Positions 39,607 through 54,072 are shown, numbered from the whole stretch's first letter. The stretch: DNA of 63,285 nt, filler included, from Intoshia linei (GCA_001642005.1; 7 parts of 7 records of this genome joined end to end with filler, not necessarily neighbours in it); one strand, 5' to 3'. A program made the numbers and translations. The notes: generated from the sequence alone by a model not told the origin.

Positions 39607-40531
39607 CTCTATAGGCTAAAATCATGAAATGACGACAATGAAAATTATAATCGATCGTGATATATGTAGAAGAAATATTGAATAATTCTGAGAAATTATT
39701 AATTTAAATCGATTTATAAAATAAAAAAAAATTTATACAAAATGATAGAACGTGATAATTGCTCAATTTTCTCGTCTTCCTAGTTTAAGAACCATTTTGT
39801 TTACGTCACCTCAAAAATATACATAATACGCATTAAATGTTTTGTAAATTAAAAAAATACTCCAAACTAAATACGAACCCATTACAATACAATTTTTTCA
39901 ATTAAGTTAAATCAGTATATCCAACCTTTTTTATGCTAGGGCTCACTTTCACTCTTAAAAAATACCAGGTCCCATTTCAAAAAATTCATTTTGGGGATGA
40001 TATAACAGTTCAACTAAAAAAGAATTATTAATTCAGTGACTATTTTTTACTAAAACGGTCTTAGGTTAATAACCACTGTTACATGTAATTAATATATTAT
40101 TTTTTTAAATACGCCCTGAACCCATATCGCCCACTTTGGGAACCCCTGATATAGTTGGTTAAAAGTCTAGATCAGAGGTTCCCAAAGTGGGCGATTTTCA
40201 GCTGGGAGCGATTATAAAAACATAAATAGACAATTTTTTTAATATATTTCATATTATTCATTTAATAATTTTAATTATCGATCTTAAATTTTATACATAC
40301 AAATTGTATACAATTAGTGTTACACTTTAATTTTCAATTAGGTATCTAATGTTAATATTTTTATTTTATGAATTCCACTGGCCAACAAAATAACAAATTT
40401 TTTGAGGTGCAAGAATAAAATTTAGTGCACCTGGAAGAGATTTTTTTTAAAATACGCCTAAAGTTCGAAAAAATGCTGTTATGTTCGGTTTCAATAACAC
40501 TTTAGTGTTAGATTTTTTTAATAATGCCAGT

Positions 40532-40631
40532 NNNNNNNNNNNNNNNNNNNNNNNNNNNNNNNNNNNNNNNNNNNNTTAATTAATTAANNNNNNNNNNNNN
40601 NNNNNNNNNNNNNNNNNNNNNNNNNNNNNNN
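40532..40631. other. Artificial contig spacer
   Basis: 44 N + TTAATTAATTAA + 44 N. Confidence 0.97.
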
Positions 40632-41220
40632 TCGATTAAAATAAAAATATTGATCCTACAATTTCAAAAAAAATGTGCATTGAACACATTTCCAATAAAG
40701 AAATATGAGTGAAAATCTATATAATTCATTCCTTCGGAATTTTTTTCATTGCTACGCAATTTTTAAATTTCAAATTTTTATTTTCAAAATATTTTAAATA
40801 AAAACTACAACAACGACTACTATAAGTAATACAACTTTGTTATTATCATTTTGATATTTATTACAATCTTTTGCAATATTGGTAAAATTCGCTTGAAATA
40901 TTTTTATAAAGTGAAGATTTGGTTAATTATTGATACATAATTGGTACTAAATATATATCATCACATTGAAAATAACAAAATAGGTTTTTATAATTCTATT
41001 TTTTCTAGAATTTATGCTATTTATGGCAATTTTTAGGATTGGACTGTTTTTACTTTATTTTAATATTATACACACTTTCTGTCTAATAAATTAAAAAAAT
41101 GAGATAACAATTATTTTTAAAATTCTTTACGCTAATATTAACAAACAAAAAATTAAGATGGAGTAATTCACTTTAAAGTAAAAAGTAATGTGATATGATG
41201 GTTACAACATTACCTATTAA
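40632..41220 (-). repeat. Internal fragments of the Helitron-like repeat family
   Basis: Reverse-complement matches to 13300-13600 and 51950-52410 (e.g. TTGCTACGCAATT, AAACTACAACAACG). Confidence 0.6.
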
Positions 41221-41913
41221 TAAATTAAAATATTAGGCCCTGATGATTATAAGCCCTGTCCGTATAGGTCCATATCCCTGTTCACGGCCCTGACTGTAAA
41301 ATAGAAACGTGGAAATTAAAATAATGAAAAAAAATTTAGTTGCAAGTTTAAAACTGAATTAAAAGTTGTTAAATAGGTCTGTATGTGTTTAATTAATTAA
41401 AAAAATTCAATTTCTTTAGGGTAAAACTAGTAATATAATTCCAAGTTTTTTGTGTCTTTTTTGTCCTAAGGGTGTTTTTTACTCTTTAATCATTTTTTTG
41501 AGCAGAATGTAAGATAAATTTCACCGAAAATGGAAGTTTCATGCTCAAAACCCAAATTACCCCCTTTTAAAAATTAAAAAAACAACATTAAGTCTGTCAT
41601 ATACATGGGAAAATATTGTAATAATGCTTTTAATAAGTTAATCTTTGAGTGTATTAGCTATGGTTTTTTTCAATTTTGAAAATACTTGTAATTGGTAATT
41701 TGTAGTTTTTACTGTGGATGTGTGAATTTCAGATATATATATATAAACTCGTTAAAAGAGATTATAGTTTAGGTGAACTAAACTGAAAAATGTACACTAA
41801 ACTTTGTTATAAATGAACCATTAAAATAGTAAAAATCTTCTCATGAAAAAATTAATCGGGTTAAAAACCATTTCCTATATCGATACCAATTACCAAATCA
41901 AAAACGAGATTAC

Positions 41914-43213
41914 CTTCCAAAAAAAACCACTTTCATACGATTTCTCAATAATATTTTGACAATTTCTTCAGATTTGGTTGTATATGATTTAATTTTTTCA
42001 TTATCAAATTTGACTGTACCATAAAAAAGATTTTCTTCATCTAAAAAGTCACAATAAAATTAAAATATGAATACATTGATACTACAGTAATTTTAAAAAA
42101 ACTGATCTAATTGTCCATATTATTATAATATTCAATTAAATTGATCATGTGGTATTCAAAATAAAAATTTTATCTATAAAATCTTAACTTAATATAAAAA
42201 CTTTTTATATGGCTGTCTGTTATTGTTCATTTCAATAACTAAGGGTCTTACAGTTTTAAAAACACCAATATCTAATAGTTTTTAAAGGATTAAATTTTAT
42301 CGCAAATTAAATTTCAAAAATGGAGTCTTTTAGGGTAAAATCCAAAAATTACCCATCCCTTTTTTTAACAATAAAACGAGACTAAGAATTTTTTCAAATT
42401 TACATTCCGATACATATTTTAAACTCATGAACATTATAAATTTTAAAAACTTATATATTCATGGTCAATCCCCAAAATTACGCATCCTAACTAATATAAG
42501 TCTGTGTTTGTATGTGCATTATCATTATTTTATAAAAAATTGAATAGTCCTAGAATTAAAATAAAGATGACATTTAATAGTTTTTTCCAGTTAAAATATA
42601 TAAAAAATTTAAACAAAAGAATTTACTGTTTATCGTTTTTTTTGGGAAATTATTTCATTAAAACAAAAAATTTAATATAATTAATAATTCTATAATATAA
42701 AAATAAAAAATTGTCTTCACGTTTGGGAACCATTCCTTTAAAAAATGGTAATCGTGAATAGTGGCCTTTTTATGCAAGATTTAATTTTTTTAGTAGAATT
42801 AGAAAAGTCCGTCCTAGGCAAAGCTAGGTGTTGTTTGTAAGAAGTACAAAACAGCCAAGCTAGTACTTATATAAAAGTGCTAGGGGTATACTTCATGGTT
42901 TGATTTACAGAAATTGCTTCATTAAAAAAATATAACTTTCACGACACAAGCGATCTAAACACATTATCATACACAAAAAAATGTAAATCATTATATCATT
43001 GATAAAATTTTACAAAAATAAAAATGTAATAATCGAGTAAAATTAAATTTTACCATTAATATCATCCTTAGTAAATTGACTACATTCGTTGAACAAAATA
43101 ATAAGATCGGTGAATATGTCATAAATTAATTTTCTAGCAGTTGAAAACGACTTTAAATCTATCTCACTCTCCATGTGGCCATTTGAATCATGGTGCATTT
43201 GTATTCCAGTCAT
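41914..43213 (-). CDS. MFN: Mitofusin (Marf/fzo), first two exons; rest not found before the spacer
   Basis: Exon 43213-43054: ...IDLKSFSTARKLIYDIFTDLIILFNECSQF (cf. MFN2 PLKHFVTAKKKINGIFEQL). Exon 42040-41914 ends EIVKILLRNRMKVVFFGR (cf. EVLARRHMKVAFFGR, just before the P-loop). Not in the ORF track. Confidence 0.88.
42485..42863 (+). mobile_element. Non-autonomous Helitron-like element in mitofusin intron 1
   Basis: A|TCCTAACTAATATAAGTCTGTGTTTGTATGTG ... GTACAAAACAGCCAAGCTAG|T. Confidence 0.7.
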
Positions 43214-43506
43214 AAATTAATTAAATTTAAATGTGCGTTAAGTTAAAATTAACTTTAGCTATCAAATAATAGGCAACTGTTTGTGACAAATAAATTCTTC
43301 AAATTTTTAATTTTACTCAATTTTCGGCAACTTTTAAATTTTAATTCATTAAATTTGGTCAGTTTCGATAATCTCGAGAACATGCAGTATGAAAAATGTT
43401 AAGCTTTGTAACTTAAACAATATCTTTAAAATATTTTTATATCTATTTTATGGTTTTCATGAATTTTTGAAATTTTTCATTAATTAGTTAATCGAATTAA
43501 ATTATC

Positions 43507-43797
43507 ATGGCTGTTAGTTATGATGCATTAGCATGATAATTAAATTCTCCACTACAATCTGATCAATTAAATGTTCAAGATTCATTAATTGAGGATAACG
43601 TACAATTGCCAACTAAAGACATTCCCAATTATGACGGAATGTACGATGGTTTGACAGTAGTCGACATATCATCAGCCACTTATAGAGAATGGATGGAGTA
43701 TTTAACCAAACGTGGGGAATGTGAACGTCGTAGAGCGCATCAAATGGGTCACCCATTACATTGGTATATGAATAATGGATTTTATTATACACCATAA
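43507..43797 (+). CDS. Small hypothetical protein divergent from mitofusin (start uncertain)
   Basis: Less AT-rich, protein-like frame ...LPTKDIPNYDGMYDGLTVVDISSATYREWMEYLTKRGECERRRAHQMGHPLHWYMNNGFYYTP*. The in-frame ATG at 43507 is separated from it by TGA-TAA. Confidence 0.5.
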
Positions 43798-44618
43798 CTA
43801 TTAATTCTGATATTACTAATCAAACTCATACTAATTCAGGACGGCAACCTCATAAAATTATTATTATATACTATTAAAAATCCAGGCAATTTGAAAATTT
43901 GAATTATTAGTCACGTTGCAATTTAATCTAATTAATTAGAGTAAAATAAGAAATTAAAAATACACAAATTTAAATATAAATATACAATTGAATTGGATAA
44001 AAAAATATTCTCTAGTGTGAACACCATAGAAAATTTTGAATTTTTTTGTAATATGGTTTGTAGGTAAAAAATTAATCTTAATATTTCAGTTTTAACTGGG
44101 GTCTGTAGTCTAAATAACTAAGTTAAATTAAGCTTTAGTTACTAAAGCTGAATCTAAATCTCACTTTCCAAATCTTAAATTAAGAAAATAATGAATGCGT
44201 TTAACAGATTTTGTTAAACTAAGCTTTAGTTACCAAAGTTGCTCTATAGACAATTAATCTTCACAAATATAATTTTCACATTGCCTGTAACATATATACT
44301 ACCTTGGAATTCATGTTTTTCCTTGAGTTTTCCAATGAGCTTCTAGACAGTAGGATGAATCAATTAAAATAAATCTTCAAATAAACAAAACCATAGACTC
44401 ATAAAATATCATCCTTTAATCCATTTAATATTCCATCTCAAGTTTCGTGATTAATCCCCACTGAGGATCCCCAGCTTAAATTCTTGGCTTGATCAATTTA
44501 TTAATTTTGTTAAAACATAAATAAATGGAAAGTAGTCTAGCATAGCTAGAATATTGAAAATATTAATTAATAAATGTACATTTAAATCATTACATGAGTT
44601 GATGAAAGATTTAATGCG

Positions 44619-44718
44619 NNNNNNNNNNNNNNNNNNNNNNNNNNNNNNNNNNNNNNNNNNNNTTAATTAATTAANNNNNNNNNNNNNNNNNNNNNNNNNN
44701 NNNNNNNNNNNNNNNNNN
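44619..44718. other. Artificial contig spacer
   Basis: 44 N + TTAATTAATTAA + 44 N. Confidence 0.97.
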
Positions 44719-44861
44719 ATAAATATAGTTCTAAACCAAAACTAAATGTTCGACTAACAAATGAAATTTCCAAGAGAACATTATCAAAACTAAATATTCT
44801 CAAAGATAGGCCAAGCAATTTGATGAATTTGAGAAAAGAATTAATCATGGATGCCATTTAA
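44719..44861 (+). CDS. Possible last codons of a gene truncated by the spacer
   Basis: Open frame KYSSKPKLNVRLTNEISKRTLSKLNILKDRPSNLMNLRKELIMDAI* from the contig edge; no motif. Confidence 0.35.
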
Positions 44862-45581
44862 AAATTGAACTTATTATATAATTAAAAATTTTGAAAATGT
44901 CTGAATACTTTACAAGAAAATATGCAAACCCCTTTCTTTTGAATTTTTGTAAAAATTGTTATTTTTAGATAGTAATCTACAATTTTTAAATATAAATTTT
45001 ACGAAAATATGATAAATTAATTAATCATATTTGTTAATAAAGTAATTTTCAATATTTTTTTATTACAAATTTCTTTTTCTTTGCGCAACTCAACCAGAAA
45101 TTTTTGTGTGAAAATTGAACTCACATAGTAGTTTATAAATATGAATACTAGCTCAATTTTTCCTACTTCAACAAGAAACTCGCAAAATTTTTACTTTTTA
45201 AAACACTTTATCTTACATATTACAATATTGGTAAAATTCATCCGAAATGTTTCAAAAGTCCTTCAATTATTGATAAAAAATATTTTTTACTTATTGAAAG
45301 CAGATACTGAATATATACCACCGCATTCAAAAAGTATTACCAGTATTTACAATTTTATTTTTTATGGAATCTAAGTTATTTATGTCAATTTTTAGTATTG
45401 TACTGTTTTTATTTATTTTAAAGATTATAATTTAATAAACCTAAGATTTATGTGCCATTTTCAAAAAATAAACTGAGATACATTACCAAGTTTAATATTC
45501 GTTTTTTAAAAAGGATTCATCACGTCGATAAATGAAATTACAAGTGAATAATTATAATTTTAAAACTTCAACAATTTAAAT

Positions 45582-46940
45582 TTACGATATATAATTCCAT
45601 TTATGAGATTCATCCATTAGTTCCATGGTTTTAGTAATATCATCTGAAGTACAAAACTCTGAAATGAATTTGGATAATATTCTACAAAAAAATTACAAAA
45701 GAGTTACCAAAAAAGTATATTGAAATAAAAATTACACTGAATCTTTTTTCGAAATTTCATAACTATTCAAAAATGATTCAATTACTGCAGATGAGCAAAC
45801 GATTTGATTGTTTATTTCTTTGTTGGTTGCATCCAATTGCGTAATCTCATTCTACACACAATACATTACCAATTAAATTATTTACAAGTCAATACATCTA
45901 AAATATAAACTACAATGTACCTCCAATTCAGATAGACAACTTTTTAAAAGATCCAATTCCTTATTAGATATACTTTTTATATCAACATTACTATCTTCTA
46001 AACTTCGTTTGACGTGTATTAAATTTTCAATCAATTCCAACATTGTTCCACCATACATTTCATTCAAAGACTCTTGTTCGTCTAAAAATGAAATGGGTAA
46101 AATCAACAATAATTAATACCTGACTTTAAGCTGGCAATTATTTGTGTATATTCATCCAATTTTGATGATAATCTATACAAAAATGTTTATTGAAAAATAT
46201 TGATACTTTTTATTGTCAAACATTAACTCTTTAGCAGTATTTAATAAATGTCTAATACGATTTATATGATTTTGATAGTTTACTTCCTTTTTTGGTTCCA
46301 TTTTTGAATAAATGTCCAAAATGTCGTCCTTGTCACATTTACTTTTCAAAAAATGCAAATAAGCATCATATTGGCATTTTATATTTTCCAATATTACCGA
46401 ATAAGCGGAATTGATATGAATAAAATGATTTAATTCAAGAGTACATTCTAAAAATGAAGAATTTTTATTCAAATTTTCAAGAGGATTTACTGTTTCATAA
46501 CATTCAATATTCTTCTTTTTTTTAATCAAACTTTTATAACAAGATTTATACGTTTTTGGCATATTGGCGGTACATTTGTCTTTGATGAAATAAAAATCAT
46601 TTGTACTATGAGAATTTAAAGATTCTGTATCAACCGTATCACTAATATACCCCCATTGTAGGTTATCATTGCTTTTAGATTTTTCTTGGTAATCTGTTAA
46701 ATTTTTTTTGTTTAATATTTTAAATGATTCTAAGGGTACTAGGGAAACATTAATGGTTTCATTTTCAGAGTATTGTTGTTTTGGTTCATCTTTAGAGGTG
46801 CTTTGTTCAAAGTTACAGGTCTTGGTCTTGTCGCATTTCAAATTATTTTCATTCAAATGACCAACACTGTAATCTTTAATTGAATTTATCTGTAAATTGA
46901 CTATTCCATCCAAGATATTTTTCAATACACTGTCACGCAT
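45582..46940 (-). CDS. Hypothetical multi-exon protein with coiled-coil-like C-terminus
   Basis: 255-aa ORF plus further exons linked by short introns (...ELDLLKSCLSELE|NEITQLDATNKEINNQ...|ILSKFISEFCTSDDITKTMELMDESHKWNYIS*). Confidence 0.7.
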
Positions 46941-47246
46941 TGTTTATAGTTGCCAGTAAACAGATAACTCATAATTTACTATTATAGTCCATTGCTCAGT
47001 ACAATAAATCCAATATCTTATTTATTGTACACATTTGTAACATATTCACTCATAACTAGCACAAATGAAAAAATACTATCAATTTAAAGTTAACATGAAC
47101 TTAAATAAATTAGAATGTAAATATATCCAATGTTACTGATATTTGACTCAATAAAGTATATTTTTGAGATACTTATTGATAATTGTAAATGTTAATTTTT
47201 TAACATAACTAGTGCATTTAATTTAAAATACATATTACCTTACCAA

Positions 47247-48220
47247 ATGGCTAGCCCACAGAGTTCTAGAATACTAACTAGCTTAAAAAATGAAAATAAA
47301 CGTAATCAGGTGAAAATGTTTGTTTATATATTGTAATTCAAATATAGCATTGTTTTGATTGTCACGCATATAACCCTCAATGGGCTAGTGTAACGTATGG
47401 TATTTGGATTTGCTTGGAATGTTCAGGTAGATGCTTTATTTTTCATTTAATTTAATTCAAATCATTTAAATCTAGGTAAGCATCGCGGTTTAGGCGTACA
47501 TATAAGGTAATTTTGTCATACGTTTAGTTTATCTTTAACTTTTGTTTTGTATAGTTTTGTTCGATCAGAGCAAATGGATAAATGGAAAGAAACTGAAATT
47601 AGTAAAATGCGTTGCGGTGGAAATCATAGAGCTATGACGTTTTTTGACACTCATGACGACATTAACGATCAAATGCCATTTAGAGACAAATACAACACTT
47701 TAACTGCTGCGCTATATCGAGATAAAGTTTGTTGTATTGTTTCATATTTAATTTTTTTCAGATTTTGACTATTTCTCAAGGCAAGGAGTGGAGAGAATCT
47801 GAATCTAGGGTACATGAAACTTTTAAAAAAACTTGCTTTTCTCTTTCTTCCGATTTTAATACAAATACAAATATTACAAGCAGTCACAGTGCAGTGTTCA
47901 TTTTTTTTATTCATATTTTATTGTGTTATAGGGGGTTATACAATCAACGTGATGATTATTTTGATAGATTAAATAAAATTGATGAAAGGCGCCCAAGGTT
48001 TCATTTATTTTAAAAGTTATATCATGTTTAGAGGCGTTCATCCTAATAAAGGTGGTCAATATTCTGGTGTAGGAAATATAGAACCTATTGGTGTTCACAA
48101 ATCTTCTTCTGAAATGAAAGTTGGAAATTATTGGTCTTCCATATCAACTGTAATTTTATAATTATATAAATAATCTTTTTATAGGGTTTCACGTCATTTG
48201 CCCAAGCAGCATCAACAAAG
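47247..48220 (+). CDS. ARFGAP1: ADP-ribosylation factor GTPase-activating protein 1 (3' end uncertain)
   Basis: [10 protein letters not shown]...|[27 protein letters not shown]|[10 protein letters not shown]|[11 protein letters not shown]...GGN; GGQYSGVGN; ALPS-like YWSSIST|[12 protein letters not shown]. Eight exons with short introns; possible last exon at 49227. Confidence 0.95.
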
Positions 48221-48360
48221 GTTATTTCATTATAGTGTTAGTTGGGATAGGGCTTTAAATTTTTTCGTTCTGTCTAAATTAATTTTATTTTGTCTTTACA
48301 CAAAATGAAATATTGAATATTGAACCCTACTACTGAAAAATTCGGACCTGGTGTGTATTA

Positions 48361-49075
48361 CTAGTTCGAGTTAATTCATATCATCAAATCCTTTAATGGT
48401 TTTTTTTGAAATTGTAGAATCAATATTTACATTTTTGATTTTAATCGAAATATTTGAAAAATATTGGTTGATAATATATTAAAAGTATTTTTCACCCGGG
48501 AATGAGTAGATTTCTAAGGTTGAAATTTTGTATTTATATCAACTGGAATAAGATCTATCAGAATAATTTTTTTTTTTAATTTTCGAACCGTTAATTATTT
48601 TACATTTTTTGTTTTAAAAAATATTTCGGAAAAAAAATATATGAATACTAAAATGCTTTTTTGACTGTGAAGTCGTCACTTATTCGGATTGAAATTTTTT
48701 ATGTGTGTTAACAGGATACAACTGTATCATTTGTAAATTTTTTGAAATTCTAGGGCTGTTTTCATTATAAAAAGAAGGGTAATTTGTGGTTTTGGCCCTG
48801 AAGATATAATTTTTTTAAATTTAAATTCATGATTATGTTTATGATTTTAAAATCTGCATTAGCGTATATGATTTTTTAAATTGTCCAACTCGTGTGACTT
48901 TCAAAAAGAGGGACAACAGGGGTTTTGACCCGTAAGATGTGAAATTTATCTTATTATACGTCCCGGAAAAAACTGTAATTGAAATGTGGTCTTTAAAAAA
49001 ATCTAAGAGTGGTAGTTATTTCAATAAAGTGGAACACACACACAAACAAAAATCGCGTAGCCTTTTATATAAATA
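48361..49075 (-). mobile_element. Helitron-like element copy
   Basis: Close match to 13615-14200, including GGAACACACACAAACAAAAATCGCGTAGC; A-CTAG at the left end. Confidence 0.7.
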
Positions 49076-49695
49076 ACTTTTGATAGTATAAAATATTTTA
49101 ATAAATCGTAATTAATTAAACTTAATATAAATAATGTATAGATTGATATTTTTAAGGTTAATTTTTTACGTAGAAAAACATTATGATATTTAAATACACG
49201 ATAAATGAATATAAAATAAATTACAGGTACCCAATAATTAACTAACCACTGGCTCTTCAGCTGGCGAAGATTTCAATCATGTTGTAGTAGACATTTAAGG
49301 GTATATTCAACTATCTAAATCCAGATTTACTGGAAAACTTTGATTCGAAATTTTTAAATTATTGAGATTACAAGATGTACAAGAAAAATATTTTAATAAT
49401 TTATTATTTCGAAAATTTAATCAGCTTATAATTATAATCAAAAAATCTATTATTTAGTTTGTTAGTAATTTGTTGGTTTTTTAGATAAATGATATCATAA
49501 AACTACTTTTTAACAACATAAAATTATGATAAATGTATAATAGAGTGTGCACTTTTGACATTTTTTTTTGAATTTCAAAAAGTATATTTGAATCCAGATA
49601 CATAATGTTATTTAGAACACAATGACGAAAAAAAATTTGATAAACGGTCGTGATTTCCTAAGGCAAAAAATTTGTACTTTGAAGTTTATTTTTTT

Positions 49696-49795
49696 NNNNN
49701 NNNNNNNNNNNNNNNNNNNNNNNNNNNNNNNNNNNNNNNTTAATTAATTAANNNNNNNNNNNNNNNNNNNNNNNNNNNNNNNNNNNNNNNNNNNN
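49696..49795. other. Artificial contig spacer
   Basis: 44 N + TTAATTAATTAA + 44 N. Confidence 0.97.
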
Positions 49796-51798
49796 AGGAT
49801 GTAAATATATTTTATATAATAATGTATAATTATATATAATTTAATATATAATAATATAATTTATAGCAAGTAATTTAATACCATTCAATATATTTTCACT
49901 AAAATGATTCAAAATAATTAAAAAAAAGCATAGTTGAACCTCTAATTAAATTAGATAAGATTGTGTTTAGGTAATATTAAAACATATACTTTAATGAAAG
50001 TTATCAAAAATTATCACTTTAGTACATGAATAATGTTTAGCTTCCTTCGAAAAAGTATTTTTAAGCTGTCATTGAAGTTTAATTAAAAGAGAAATAACAT
50101 TCATTGAAGAAGATCAAATTAATTCATTAAAAATAAATAAATTGAGTCAAATAACTATAATATAGTGAAATTTTTACTTTATTTATTGTGTTAATATTAA
50201 AGTCTAAAATTCATAAATTTTTAAAACTGATGGCTTTGTTAAATGAAGATGAGTTTTCTACACTAGGTGTTTCACACAACGGGATCTCTCTTAGCCTTAG
50301 TAATAATTTGTCTCATATCATTAGTAAAACCATCATTTCACCATTAATTTTCTATAAAATTGTGTCGTTGAGATCCGAACGACGTTTAAGGTTTTTAATT
50401 TAATATTAATTAGTATCTGTCAGTTTTAGTTTGTTTTGTATTAATTTAAAAATGTATTAATAAAAAATTTAAAACAAGAATTAATTATGTCTTTACGTCA
50501 AATAGTAAGTAAAATTGTAAAATTTGGCATGTGTGTATGTATTTATAAAATGAACAAAATTATCGAAGGGCATATTAGAAAATGTAAAAAAATAAAATTA
50601 CTATGAAAAATATGTCCACCCTAGTCTACACCCATGTATCTAACTATTTGCGATCATTATATACATACCAAATCCTTAATTTATGTTATTAAAATCAATA
50701 TATTATAGCCGGTAATATAAATTAAATATACTTTACCATATTTTCATTAATTTTTTTATGAAATACTAGTTCGAATGTTATGTACTTCGCATAATAATTT
50801 ACAGTTATACTAAGGGGTGTTTTTAATCTTAACCGTTTGAGGAATATTCGTTATTTTAAAATGATATTTGTTATAAAATTTAAAACAAGCTATGTGGAAT
50901 TGGATTGTATTTATTACATTACATGATATTTTTGCACTAATGTATGCTTTATAAGTACAGTAAGGTGTCAATTTTTTTTTAAATTAAACGTGTAGCAAAA
51001 ATATCAAGTACGAGTACGTGCGATGGATCCTCAGAGTTAACACCGAATTTTTTAATAAATAATAAACAATGAGTGTATAATCTGAAAAATAATAAAATTC
51101 TAATTAAAACACTAAAAAATTGTAAATATCTGTAGCATATAAAGATTTTTTGAAACATCAAAATAAGGTAAAATATATTCAAAATACTCCATTGATAAGT
51201 AAGAAATATCGGTGTATCAACAATTAATAAGCCATTTTCTAGCAAATAAAATATAAATATTTCAATTTAAGTGACCTACAGGAAATAATATCCAGAATTC
51301 ATAATCATACGTAGACTTAGAATGTGCATATGACAGCATGCAACATGGTTATTTGTACTATTTTACATATAATTAAATACTAAAACGTACATTTACAGTT
51401 AAAAACAGTTACGGTGTTACACGAAAAAAATATGATAACATTTTAACATCTGTTTTTTCATGATTCTTGTAAATACTTAATTAATTGAGGTTTTATAATA
51501 GATTGAATAGTGAGATTAAAACGTAGTTAACAGATATTTCCGAAATTCAAAAAAATTTATTCTTGTAATTAGACAATAGAGTCGGTTCAAACTATGTCTA
51601 AATGTTACGGCGTTGTTAATTATCTTAATTTACATTGATTAATCAGTAATTAACATGTTCCGAATTGAACTTAATCTTTACGTTATGCATTTATGGTATT
51701 AATAAATTGCAAATTATAACCACAAAACGATGCTTAACATCTATGTTCTGATAAATAAAATCTTTAATTAAAATTATATAATTATACTTATAATAATT

Positions 51799-52415
51799 TT
51801 GACTGTTATGTACTACGTACAAACACCACCTAGCTTTGCCGAGTGCACGTTTTTATTATACAAAAAAATAAATTCACTTAAAAATTTTACTATTCACAAT
51901 TATTAATCCTTTAAAGGACTGGTTTCCAAACTTATTTGATGTGGAACCATCATATCACTTTAATTTTTACTTAAGTGAATTATTCTATCTTAATTTTTTG
52001 TTTGTTAACATTTGCGTAAAGAATTTTAAAAACAATTATCCCATTTTTTTAATTTATGAGACAGAGTGTGTGTATAATATTAAAAATAAACTAGAAACAG
52101 TCCAATCCTAAAAATTGTAATAAATAGCATAAATTCCAGAAAAAATAAAATTATAAAAACTTATTTTGTCATTTTGAGTGTGATGATATATATTCAGAAC
52201 CAATTTAATAAATACTTACAAGTAAAGTACCAATTGTGTATCAATAATTAACCGAATCTTCACTTTATAAACATTTATGCCTAATTTTACCATTATTGCA
52301 AAAAATTTTAATATAAAAATGATATTAAAAAAGTTGTTTTAGTTTCGTTGTTATAGTTTTTTATTTAAATTTGAATGTTTTAATAAAAATGTTTTGAAAA
52401 TGAAAATTTGATAAT
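51799..52415 (-). mobile_element. 3' part of Helitron-like element
   Basis: TTGACTGTTATGTACTACGTACAAACACCACCTAGCTTTGCCGAGTGCAC matches the family 3' end (also at 13111, 25868, and reversed at 3235-3291 and 42810-42863). Confidence 0.7.
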
Positions 52416-53883
52416 TATTATATACTTTCAATGTTGCGGTTATAATATAATTTGATGGTCCAACCGTAGAGAACTATCTTGTTAGACTTTAATTTAAGTT
52501 ACTACATTTTATCGGATCGTAAGTAATAAAATTTTGGAAAAAGCTATATGATGATATTTTGTCTCAATTTATATTTAAATTCAAAACGAAAGCACTAATA
52601 TCAATGCAATTTAATAAATCAAAATAACCCAACAATTCATCAGCTGGTAATTATCCATACATCATATTAAATATGTAAACATATTCAGTTCCAACCAGTC
52701 TCATAAAATGTGTTTAATTTATGGGTTTATTTGAAAATAATATAATTTTAGGTGGTAAAAATATACTCATTATAATTATGTACAATTCACATTAAGGTTT
52801 CTCACGGGTTGTTAGGTAAAATTCCCCTTAGGTTTTAAAATCATAGTAACTCTAAAATAATATCTACTGAAAAATATTATTGACCAATTCCGAACGGTTC
52901 AATTACCATACCCATTTATAGTTTTTCTCTATATTTAATACATATATTTAATGACAAAAATATGGCTTTTTCTAAAATAAATTTTGATTGATACTCTTAA
53001 GACTTAGAATATTGTCATGAACATAGAATAATGAAATAAATGCATATGAACTTAATTTACATGTATATTGTAAATACAATATTTATTTATCATAATAGTC
53101 GGTAATAATATTTAATGGCACTATATTCTTAATATATTCGTATAATAATATAATTACTTGGTTATAATAAACGATGATACATGTTTGTAATAGTTAGTAT
53201 TATTACAATATAATATTATTACAATAATAATAATAATATTATTACAAATAATTATAATTAATATTTTTTATAATAAAAATTACATTTTGATATTGGATTT
53301 TATTTATATATCTTAAAATGTTAAAATAGTTGGTAAATTATAAACTTTATTAAATTAAATTATTAAACTTTTTTGGTTTATTTTACATCATATACTTTAC
53401 ATAATGACACGTTTGTATATCATCCTTTTTAAATCAATTCCATCTACAATGTAGATTCTACATAAAACGTTACATAATAATTGATGGGGCGCAAAATTGA
53501 TTATAAATTAAAATTGTTAAATACCAAGTTGGTTCTTTTAAAGTGCAAAATCTCTACAAGACACTATATTATTCTGTTTATAATATCATTTAATAGATTT
53601 CCTTTAAATACATTAGTACATTTATCAAAATAGAAATAAAATTACTAACATAAAAAAAATAATGAATTTATTAAAAATAAATATTTTTTCCAATTATTTT
53701 GGTAGTTTTTTAATTGTACCTTTTTAATTAATAAATATTTATAATCTATTTACCTAACATTAGAAGCCAATGATTTAACCGTTCAAATGACGTTTTTTAT
53801 AAAATTTTTAAAGTAAATATAGTTTCGTTAACTAAAGTTTAACAAATTTACAAAAATAAAATTTTATCACTTTCATCAATATA

Positions 53884-54072
53884 CAGTTAATTCTGTTCTA
53901 TATGAACATGAAGGGACCAGATTTTGATCATGTTCATACTATACTGTAATATGAACATATATGAATGGCAATAATAAGATAATTAAAAGTTTCGAAATGT
54001 CCAATCAATGTTTGTTCAAACAAAATTGTCATGTTCATATTGAGCTGAGTTTATATAGAACAGAATTGACTG
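53884..54072. mobile_element. Tc1/pogo-type MITE
   Basis: TA|CAGTTAATTCTGTTCTATATGAAC ... GTTTATATAGAACAGAATTGACTG|TA. Confidence 0.85.

Noticed and set aside
43534-43539. Genome-wide stop-codon reassignment suggested by several in-frame stops
   Set aside because: TAA and TGA terminate well-conserved genes here (tubulin, SETD1, Rab7, SLC4), and none of the reconstructed conserved exons contains an internal stop.
50188-50403. 71-aa ORF / coding-like stretch
   Set aside because: GTG start, no motif, interrupted frames on the opposite strand, no consistent exon model.
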